Shown piece by piece: positions 27,701 through 39,700 of a stretch of DNA of 64,000 nt. Origin of the DNA: Owenia fusiformis (Eukaryota). Numbering within the stretch: the stretch's first letter is position 1; every line of letters starts with the position of its first letter. A program made the position numbers and the translations under genes. The stretch is from positions 18,972,001 to 19,036,000 of the forward strand of contig CAIIXF020000001.1 of the NCBI GenBank assembly GCA_903813345.2, written 5' to 3'. The notes under the pieces were generated by a model that worked only from the letters and a program-made list of their open reading frames with translations, did not search any database and was not told the origin of the DNA.

Positions 27701-30700
27701 CATGATCTATCATGATGGTACAATAACATTAAGATGATGATAACCTTTGTATGAACATCGGGTAAAACACCTAGAATTATAACCATCATTTATGAGCTCC
27801 AGACATGAGTATATGCATTGCATTTGCATGGAACATTTAAGCAACATATTCTTATAATACATTTACCGTATATAGACTTATCAATTAGACGACATCCAGG
27901 AAGGTCATCATATTAAAAAACATGGAATTAATATGTGGAACCCACTTCAAGCATTCAATTCATATTGATCAATATTGTATAAAACAATATCATTAATTCT
28001 TGGAAGGCCTTAATATCGACACAAAATTATATTCAACCATAAGCAACAAGCTGGTAAATAAATGTAAGTATAACATTTGTGAAATACATGTAAAGATCAA
28101 ATAATATAATATCTCACACTATTCCATCATTTGCGGCAATGTCAAATAATTTTTCTCTAACAAAACATGCAAGCAAAGCTTCATCCAGGCACCAACAGTC
28201 ATTGCAGTTTAAAGAGTTCAACTAAGTGGAGCACCCAGCCAAAAGTAGCTGGGGAGACCACAGGGTAATCTGTACAATTTGTTGGATCAGTGATTTTCCT
28301 TAATTGAATTTTTCTGTATTTTATGTGAATCTTTGAATAACAAAGAGTTATTAAGCATTCATGAACTGTATTTCGAATTATTTTCTTTCAGATTTAATTG
28401 AAAAAGAAAATGCGAAAAGAGTGGATATTTCTTATACTAATGGGATGTATTATCTCAATAGTAATACTCTTTCATTTAAGTAAATATAGCACAACAATTC
28501 AGCACCATTGGAGAGCACATATTCCAAGGAGAACTAATACCGCTATGGCAAGCAATATGTCAATTGCAAACAACCTACAACCACAAGCACCACACAACAT
28601 TGACTTCATTCAGAGAAACAAGGAACTTATTGACAAAATCAGCAAGAATTCGAGACACAACATTCCAAGAAACAACAAACTTATTGACAAAATCAGCAAG
28701 ACTTTAATAAGCAACATTACAAGAAACAAGGAACTTATTGACAAAATCAGCAAGACTTCGAGACACAACATTCCAAGAAACAACAAACTTATTGACAAAA
28801 TCAGCAACACTTTAATAAGCAACATTACAAGAAACAAGGAACTTATTGACAAAATCAGCAAGACTTTAATAAGCAACATTACAAGAAACAATGAATTTAT
28901 TTACAAAATCAGCAAGACCTCAATACGCAACATTACGAGAAACAACAAACTTATTGACAAAATCAGCAAGACTTTAATACACAACATTATGGGAAACAAT
29001 GAACTTATTGACAAACTCATCAAGACTTCAAGACGCAACATTCCGAGAAACGACGAAAGAGACATAACCAACAATCAACTCCCTATGACATATAATGATA
29101 GTAGAGTAAAGATATCACAGCAAAGGAACAGCCTACCCCCTGAGCTGGTAGAAGTCAAAGCAAGAGCACAGATGATCGCAAACAATAAAGTTGTCGTTGC
29201 AATCACTATGGTTAACATGGGATACCTATCACTAACCTATAGCTGGCTATGTAACACAGTCAATATGAACGTACATGATAATGTCCTTATTGTAGCTACA
29301 GATAGGAGAACTTATGAAAAACTCCAGCAAGACTGGCCAAATGTTGCCTCTGTCTTATACCCACTAAATGAAGACCAGGGGTCAAACTTAAATTACAATG
29401 CTCTTAACTATGTCAAGTACATGTTAAATAGGTCCAACTTATTGCTAGCTTTGTTGGGCTTCAACATACCATTGTTATTGTTTGAAGTTGATGCTGTGTG
29501 GTTTGCATCACCGTTTCCACTAATTCATAGTCTCTCTTACTATGATCTAGTAGGAGCAAAAATTGCAACCACAGAACAAATGGCTGGAGGTTTTCTTTTC
29601 ATGCAACCCACTAGAGACACATTAAATGTATTTACGACCGTCTCAAATGAATTACAGATATATCTGGATAGATATAAATTCTATAAGGGTGATAGACAAC
29701 TCCCCTATGAGATCAATGAACAAACACTTTTAAATGGAAATCTGAAATATGAAAATGGAAGGCCAAGACTTAATTATAAAATCTTAGACCTTAGCATTGT
29801 GGCTGATGGACAGTGGTATAAAAAAAGAGGTAAACAATCAATACCATTAGTTTTAAATAACAATTGGATTATAGGTAAAGAAGCAAAGATAAAGAGAGCG
29901 AAAAAATTTCACCATTGGTTTATTGATGATAACAACAACTGTGATTGGGAAGAGGTTCAAAATATAATGAAGTTAGGGAAAAATTTTCATTGAGAATGTC
30001 AAAGTTATTGAAAGTGAATGTAAAACCTTTATCCCATACTTAGTAGTGTTATAGGTAAATAACATGTGGGGATATAATCGATATCTGAAGTGAGCGGGTG
30101 ATATAATATATCTCCCGCTGAGGTCAGTGGGAGATATATTTTTGTGAATCCACACCCAGTTGAATTAAGTTGATTCACTGAGCCCACTGTGGCTTATGTA
30201 TGATGTTATGATACTTGTGAAATACTGCCATGAGTGTTGCTACTAGCTATAGGGCAGATAGGGCTTATTTTGATAGGCTCATTGTAGCTATAAATTCTTG
30301 ATTGGAATTTATGGATTCAATTTTGGAAGATGAGCCTAAAACCTAACGATAAGGCGAAATTGTATAACAGATTGAAAGGAATAAAGCAAAATAGATGAAA
30401 CATAACTCTATCAATTTTAATATACAAATGAAATCTTACCTCCATTTTCGAAGAGTATGCATGAGACCTGTGTAGCCTAGCGCAGATGCCATATGTAGAA
30501 TAGTTAGACCTTTCTCTGCAGTCATATGAACCGTGCTGTTTTTCTGCCATGTACATTGGATAAATGAGTCGATATAACACATCAACTTTTCCTCGAAATG
30601 ATCATGAGGTTGACTGATCAGTTTGTCATGCTGCAAAAAATTATAAAAATTTATTAGTTTGTTGCTTCAATTCATGGTTGATTGAATCCACGCCCAATTG

Positions 30701-33700
30701 AATAGTTGATTCACTAAGCCCACTGTGGCTTATGTATGATGTTATGACACTTGTGAAATACTGGCATAAGTGCTGCTACTAGCTATCGGGCAGATGCTCC
30801 ACCAAAATTTACACATCAAATATTTTGAATATTTTACTGACTAAAACTGGCAAAATCATATCCAACAGAAGTATAATAATATTCTCTTTTGATTTAGTTC
30901 TACCTCATCTATCTTATTTTGCTTTGCATAAATAAAACATATGTTCATAAGTTTAGGTCTACACAGAACATGTTTTACTTAATTACGATTCAAGCCATTG
31001 TGATCCCCCTATGTATTACACTCACATCCATGAGAGAATAGATAAAGGTTTAGAGGGTTCCAGTGACTTGATGCAAACTAGGTTCTGATGTATTAAAAGA
31101 TGGCAGTAGTAGCCAGATTTTGCCAAGGGGGTTCACTTTTAAAAGTTTCGAGGAGATTCTAATTTGACAACTTTTGGCCCAAAGTCACTTGAAAAGTGCT
31201 CAGAATGGTGAATTTTGTCTAAAGGGGAATTCGCTCGAAATTCCCCCCCCCCACTAAGGGGATGTCAGCTCTCTTAGTACAAATAGAACACTACTGACAC
31301 CTTTACTACAGTCCCTTTGGTTACACTGACCTGTAAAACATGTTCAGGGTTCCTGGGTGACAAGCGCTTCTCTAGTGCTTCAACCTTCTCCAGTAAGAGC
31401 ATTTTCAGTTTATTATCTAGAAATATAAACCAGTTAAAAACATCATACCATACTGTCTTCTCCAAAAGGTTTTTCTTTTCTCAAGGGGATCAGCTAGTCT
31501 CATTTTCAAAGTTCTGCCATATTTGGTCAAAACATACAAAGCATATTTCATGAGTTTTTCAGATTTGTATGTGGGTGCAACTGGGTTTTCACTATATAGA
31601 TTCAATTTACCAGTTCAGTATCTATGCCTTACTGACAACTGTCCTTTCTCTATAGATATACTTATAAAAACTACAGATATAATATACTACAGGTATAGTA
31701 AAGATATAATTATTATGCAACTTTGGGATTTTCAGTTAATTTAGTTGATTGTTCTATTCTCTGTGAAAAAATATTGAATTCCAAGCAGATTATAAAAAAA
31801 TTATAGCAAGATAAAAAAAGGATGTTTTTTGGTCCACCCTGTATATATGCAAAAGTACTTACCACCAATAGAGAACCAGTCCAGCTGGTTGGTAGATATT
31901 GAATCAGTAGCCTTGTACTCATATATACATGAGTTTGATATAACCATTCCCTCACACGCCACCTGCATTGTCACTAGACCTGCTTCATGAGCTGGAATTG
32001 AGAACATTGATCATGGTTATTATTATACATTGTAAGGCCAGGTAGAATCTAATAATGTGACCCAAGCCAGCCATATACCAGTAGAAGGATGGGAGTCGGT
32101 TGAGTTGAGGTTTTTAACACTTTGAACACTAAAATTTACAATGACCACCAGACATAATACAAAGACACAGTGATATATGTCGCACAATGAAGAGCAAAAT
32201 TGCCACTGTGCACATTCACCCAGCATGCCCCCAGAACCTAATGATAATAACTAGATCTTGGCACTAGTCTTTTTGCATCTGTAAAGATTTATGTGGCACC
32301 CATCTATCCAGACGCATGCATGCCGAGCAGCACAGGACAAAGATAATAGAGTACTTTTCCAAATTGCATTAAAAAGTTGGAATTGAAGGTGTACATGTAT
32401 TTATTCAAGTCTAACTTTGAGTAATTAAGGTAAAAGAATGTATGCTATGATTGTAATTTTTTCACTTAATATATCAATTGAATACAACATGAATTGGGTA
32501 TTACCACATCAGTTTTGACACACAGAAATTGTTTAACAGACATCGATGCTTTCTACATTAATGCTTTCTCCCAGATAAAATTATAATAATTAATCTGTAA
32601 TTCACAAAACTGCAACAACGTCTTTTTCTTATTTCTAATTAGGATTAAAAACTTTTGAAAGAATTGTTTTTTCTAAATGAAATAGCACTTGATATGCATT
32701 TTATAAATTAACATTAAAATTAAATGAACATTAAAATGCAACATTATTTTTAAATTAAGATTACCATCTTTTGCAATTAGCGTTAAATGTATTTCATCAA
32801 AAACATGGTGTTTATACATAATTCATTAAACTAAATCATTCCTTTCTGATATCAACAAAATTTACGATGTTCATCTTGCCAATAGTTGGATAACTTTTTA
32901 TTAGAATAAGCAGTTCAAACTCTTGAGGCACAGACAGCCAAAGAGTTATTGTTTGCTAAATAAAATGGAACTTCAAACATTCCTTCTGCTCCTATTGCTG
33001 ACTGTTCAGTACTCTTATTGCGCTAACAACAAATTGAAAAGTTGTCAGGCTAAGTTAAAAAGGCTACAAAATGATTACAATGTACTGAAAGTCGCCGGAC
33101 AATGTACATGCAATTGTGAAGGCATCAAAGGTCTTCCAGGGCCAACTGGACCCCAAGGACCACAAGGGCCTCCAGGACCAACAGGGCCTCAGTTGCCTAC
33201 GACGTGTCCTCATGATTTTGTCCAAAATTCTGAGTTTGGAAGTTGCTATAAGTTATTCACGGTGGAACCTTTCAGTTGGATTGATGCGCTCAGTCACTGC
33301 CAGTCAATGGGAGCGAATCTCGCTATGATCGAATCAAACGAGGAACAAAATTTCTTAAGGGAACAAATACAGCAGAAAAATAATCTCGAAAATTTCTGGA
33401 TTGGACTAAATGAGCTCCATGGTAACTGGAGTTGGTCTACCATGCCTGGTCAGGAAAATGAACCATTGGGGAAGGACAGCTACCACAGTTGGAATGTTGA
33501 TGAAGGACAGCCTGAAAACAATGATCAGAATTGCGCCAAGATGGCTGGAGGCACAAGTACAAGAAATTATAGATGGCATGATGATTTATGCACGAGCAAA
33601 GATAAGTACATCTGTGAAATAAAACTTAACATAAAACAGAAGTAGGTTAAAATCATCAAACTTGGTTAGCCATATGATTGAAACAATTAAGTGTTAACCG

Positions 33701-36700
33701 AAAAAGGTGATGGTGTATCTAACAAATTGGGACGTAAACAAGAAAATGAAGCAAACTCCTCATAGTGGAGATCTCCAAGTCAAGAAGTTGCCCAGCTTAG
33801 GCCCTGAAACATCAATTGATTATCCCAGTTGTTTTATGATAACTGATTCATTATTCATTGAAACCAAAGAGCAAGGCACTGAACAAAACTATATGCTTGT
33901 TTGCTTTGTCGTTGGTTAGGTAACATGCCTATGATGTCACAAAAGATACAAAGATACATTAAACCAGTCAGTGAGGTCTAGAGTATTTGTTTGTTTGGTT
34001 GTTAATATGGCTGATTTATGGCGCAATATATGACCAAAAACTTTATTGTGTTCATTGTTAAAAGACCGAAATTGCGTGGTCATTTATTTGCAATAAATCA
34101 TAAAATCGAGGTCTTTGTTACGATTCTAATATGATAATAAACAGAGAAGAAAAACAACTATTTCCATTTATGAATTTTAGAGGTCATACATACTCCAATA
34201 TAGATGAGTAAATCAATTGTTCTAGCTATTGTGGCAACACGTATCATGTTAGAATTGACGTTATATATAATGAATCAGTATTTTTTTAAAAGATTTATTA
34301 TATTTGAATTTAAACTCTAAAAATCGATCAGTTGATTTAAATCAGGGTAGAAGGAGGTGAAGAAGTGAATGAATACAGGAGCAAACACGAGCAATGGATC
34401 GAACGCTCTCGCAAAGTAGTCGCTGTCAGAGGAGATTTCTCCAAAAAAAGATTTAGTTACGAATTCGCATATCAATTGTTGTAATCATGGGTAAAATGAT
34501 GTCACAGTTAGAGAGCAATGGGATAAATAGAAATTGAACTAATATTTCACATAATATTTCAGTTGAATTCAACCGAAACATGACAACATCAGGTTGGACA
34601 TACAGAAACTGATCAATAGCACTTGTCATACATTTATTGCATTCCCCAGACAAAATTAATCTGTAATTCAATAAAACTGCAACAACATGTTTTTCTAATA
34701 TCTAATTAATATTAAAAACTTTTGCTAGAACTGTTGTTTTCTAAAAGAAATAGCATTTAATTTGTAATTTAAAAATTAATGATAAAATTAAATGAACATA
34801 AAAATGAAACATGTTTTGTTAAATTCTTCTGGAATTTGTGTTATTTCCTCAAAAAGCGCATTTATTCATAATTTATAACTCAGACTGCATCATGCCTTTC
34901 TGACAACAAAAAAATTTACGATGTTTATCTTGCCAACATTTAGAGAACTTTTCATTACAAGAAGCATTTCAAACTCTTGAGGAACAGACAGCAAAAGGGT
35001 TATATTTGCTGAATAAAATGGAACTTCAAACATTCCTTCTGCTCGTATTATTGCTGATTGTTCAGTACTCTTATTGCGCTAACAACAAATTGAAAAGTTG
35101 TCAGGCTAAGTTAAAAAGGCTACAAAATGATTACAATGTACTGAAAGTCGCCGGACAATGTACATGCAATTGTGAAGGCATCCAAGGTCTTCCAGGGCCA
35201 ACTGGACCCCAAGGACCACAAGGGCCTCCAGGACCAACAGGGCCTCAGTTGCCTACGACGTGTCCTCATGATTTTATCAATAGTACCGAGTTTGGAAGTT
35301 GCTATAAGTTATTCACGGTGGAACCTCTCAGTTGGATTGATGCGCTCAGTCACTGCCAGTCAATGGGAGCAAATCTCGCCACGATCGAATCAGATGAGGA
35401 GCAAAACTTCCTAAAGGAACAAATACAGCAGAAAAATAATCTAAAATATTTCTGGATTGGACTAAACAACCTCCATGGTTACTGGAGTTGGTCTACTATG
35501 CCTGGTCAGGAAAATGAACCATTGGGGAAGGACAACTACCACAGTTGGAATGTTGATGAAGGACAGCCTGAAAACAACAATCAGCACTGTGCCGAGATGG
35601 ATGCAGCCAAAAGTGGAAGGAATTATAGATGGCATGATGATCACTGTATGTACAAACATACTTACATCTGTGAAATGAAACTTAAGTAAAATGAAGGCTG
35701 ATAAGTAGTCAGGTGAATAATCTACAAAAGTAGGTTAAAAATCATGAAACTTGGTCAGCAACATGATTGAAACAATTTACTGTTAACTGACAAAGGTGAT
35801 GGGCTATCTGACAAATTGGACATTTATATACATTGTGTTACATATAAAATGGTGCAATATAACCTGGCAAATTGCCTTCTTTCATGACAAGCTTATCATT
35901 TATATGTCGATAAAATATCAGTTTGCAATATATCTTGATGATATGCTGTAGCAATCCTGTGTTTTTATAGTTTTCTCCAATTGGCAAACAAATAGATTTA
36001 TAGAGTCTAGATTGGAACACAAATGATTCCTAAGCTCGTATCATGTTTCATTCATATGATAACCATAACAAAGGGTCCATTTCTTTATTTTGAAAAAAAA
36101 ACAACTTTATATTTATTATATCCACAGTAAAATACCTCACTCAAGTGACAATCTGGTGTTTTAATGACAAACATGTAAAATGGCAATAACAATATGTCAT
36201 ATGTCCCCACTTCAGACTTCTTGGTGGTGACATAAAAATGTTATTTTTCTAATACGATAAGTGACATCACAATATAAATATAATAACAAACGAAGTCTTC
36301 AATATACATGTACCTACAATACATATCATATTCTCTGTAACTTTGAAATGAAACTATCTTTTAAAATACAATGTATTTGCTTTTAAGTTTGCTTATTGTA
36401 TTAGAAATATAACAAAGGATTAAATTAATCATGACAAATATTTTCTACCCATTGCCAAAAACCCCAATTGCTTCATGTTTTCGATCTCTTAAAGTGTGCG
36501 CCAAAGTTTGAAACTGTGCAGGCGCACCGCTCTCGCTAACCTATATAAAGAGATTACCAGGTACAGGCTTCAGAGGTAAGCCAGGAAGGTGAACAATCTT
36601 CGTTCTGTGTTGATTCCCCGTATAATCGTAACCAAGTAAGTTTCACCATTGAAATTAAAAAATACTATTAGATAAACTTTGTAGATGTTGTTTATGAAGC

Positions 36701-39700
36701 TATTTAGTGTATGCATCCAGTGGCGTAGTGTGGGTATTTTATGAGTGTACGCCACGAGTGAGCGAATCGAACTAGCTTTGAGGGGGGGGGGTTCTTTCCC
36801 CCAAGAAAATTTGAAAAGAGATTGTATTTGAGGCGTTCTGGGGCGTTTTAAAATACGAAATTTGGACTCCGAAAAAATGGATTAATAAAATGTTAAGCCA
36901 TTACTTCAGAATATCAAACGTGGGTCATTTCAATATTAAAAATTCACTTTTCTCAAAATTTTGAGAGTACGCTATGGCGTTTTATGCGTATATGACGCTA
37001 CGCCACTGGCATCAATCAAATGGCTCATTTTGAACATATAAAAAGTATTTGTGTTTTGTTTCCCAGGGAATTGTATTCCAATGTAGTACACACATAAATA
37101 GTGTACATTATGTAGGACTTGAATAGCCTGGTTTACATAATATTGAAGGGCATGCTGATTACATGCACACGAGTACATGAATGAAGGCCTAATATTGATA
37201 TAGCTTGCATACCTAAATAAAAATAAACTCTTCTAATCCCCTAATGTAAACACGGCAGTATACGTAGCCCGATTCATCGGGGACTTTAACAATGATCCGA
37301 AAAATTCAGCAGTTATATATTGCGCCACATCATAGAATTATTCCTAAGTAAAGGCAAGTATATGGACCAACCTGGGGAGAAACACCGCAGGACTCCACTT
37401 TGTATGAGTTCCGCCGGAACACTGACGTCATCAAACATGAGAGAGTAGCTAGAGTTAGTGGAATACCAGGGTCCTGTTACTAGAATCTTAGTAGAGCCCT
37501 ATAACACAGAACAATAAATATTTAGAAAAAATTCAAAAAATAACAACTTGATATGAAAGGAGTAGGTTGCATTGATTAGAATATATTTCAGCAGAAAAAA
37601 ATCCCTAAGTTGTACTGTATCCAAAGTCTGGTATAATACAAAGAGCTAGAGTACTACATGTTATATGTGACGGCAAAACTAAGCCATTGATTAAACAGCA
37701 ATATTGTATCAGACACAAGATTATATAACAATCTTTTGACAATTAACAAATGAAATCCAACAAGAATATGAAACAACCTCCATCCTTGAAAGCTGAATCC
37801 TTACTTCAATTTCTTCTTCATGCTTCCTATAGCAAATGTCAAAATATTATAGAAACTATAATAATAAGTCTGATGTTAAAAAAATCCCTCTCTAGTTGTC
37901 TGCAAGGTCTGGTATCTTAATAAAAGAATGACAAACACAACAATGAATATTAAAACAAATATTTTATCTTCTGAGAACATCTATGCAATTTCCACAAGGA
38001 ATATTCTCCAAAGCCTGAATACCTGACATACCATTCCCTTATATTTACCTGTTGAGACCCCCAATCTGGTGAAAAGTCTGTAATTGTAGCTACATTATGC
38101 ATCTTGCCTCCTTGTGACGATTGTGTCATCACAGGGTGAACTTTATGCTGATGTTGCTGTTCCAGCTGTTTCTGCTGCTGTAGCTGTTGCTGCTGTAACA
38201 GATGTTCCTGTGAGGGTTTTATAGAAGGCGAGGATGGGCTCAAGCAATTGGCACAACCCTGGGTTGACAACAGAGGGCGTTGTTGTAAACTTTGAGTATT
38301 CGCCACAGACGAGAGGCTGTGTGGAGTCAAGTCCGCACTGAGATTCTCAAACTCAGGGAGATCAAGGAGTTCAAATGCGTCAAAGTTCAGATCGGTGCTG
38401 TGTGGGGACACTAAATTGGCCCTATTCATATCAATATGTTCTGAGAGACTACACGTGGTAGGGGTACTGTTGATTGTTTTAGATTCACCAAGGTTAGCCA
38501 TTAACGTTTGCGTGACCTCCTCACTTGTTAAAGACTGAAGAGAGCCTGAATGACTAGGTTCGAGCCCTGCTCTTATTGGCTCATTGTTTCTTTGACATAG
38601 TTGTGATTCTTTTGGCAGCCCTATAGGAGAGGTGCTCACTGGGTTAGTAAATGTACTTGTAGGATTCAGAGTGTTGTTTTGATTGAGTGTGCCGCTGGGA
38701 TTGAGTGTGCCATTGGGATTGAGTGTGCCACTGGGATTGAGTGTGCCATTGGGATTGAGTGTGCCACTGGGATTGAGTGTGCCACTGGGATTGAGTGTGC
38801 CACTGGGATTGAGTGTGCCACTGGGATTGCCACTGGGATTGAGTGTGCCACTGGGATTGAGTGTACCATTGGGAGGATTGAAAGTGGAACGAGAAGGATT
38901 AAAACTAGAAGGGAGAATATTATTCAATGGGATTTCCCTAGGGAGACTTTGAGTATCTCTAGTTTTATCTATAGCTCCCAATCTCTCATGCATTTCCATG
39001 TCTGGAGTCCTTGCTGGGCCTATGGGCACTGGGGCCTGGGGTGGCCCCATGTTGCTATTTATAATAGACACAGGGGCCTGAGTCTGACTGCTCAGAATAA
39101 TCACACCATTGCCCCCTTGCAACTGAGATAAATTCAACACCAGAGGGGGCTGCTTTTGGGCACTATTATCTGCCACTTGAGTGTCCTGAGATTGCTTCTG
39201 TAACAGAGAGACTAGTTTCTTCTGTAGTACTATTGACGATACACCCTGAGATGGTTTCGACTTACAGAACTTGCAAAAGTTTGTGTGGTTACATGTACAT
39301 TGTGTGCCTGCTCTACACCTCATTACCTCATCGACTATGTTTTCAATTGTCGCCACAGTCTGGAATTAAACACATTACACATGCTAATTCATAATATTAT
39401 CAGTACAAAAACCATTAAGAAGTCAATCTTAACTCAATCCACATAAACATGGGAATTGCACGCTTTTTTATTCAGAAATACTAATTGAATAGATCAGATT
39501 GAAATTAAAGATCTGAAATCTAATAGTCACCCCAATATATCATGGTTCTGTTAGGGCTGTTTTTTATTATATACAATGACATCAAACATAATAATACAAT
39601 TTCAATATGTGAATTATGTGATGCTTAATATGTAAAGCAAAGGCTCATTGATCATGTTCTGACCTCTGACACCAATCAGAGCTTGTCATTCCTAAATACA

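Noticed and set aside
28610-28891. Highly hydrophobic repeat ORF on the minus strand
   Set aside because: Antisense of the 54-nt glycosyltransferase stem repeat.
20940-30630. In-frame CAMTA-TLR fusion protein
   Set aside because: The CAMTA donor is phase 2 and the TLR acceptor lies 41 nt before the ATG, so the join is out of frame.
38679-39131. Plus-strand ORF with (IECATG)n, superficially like a Cys/Thr antifreeze repeat, and other frames (VPLGLS, AHSIPV)
   Set aside because: Shadow frames of the 18-nt coding repeat in the CAMTA exon.
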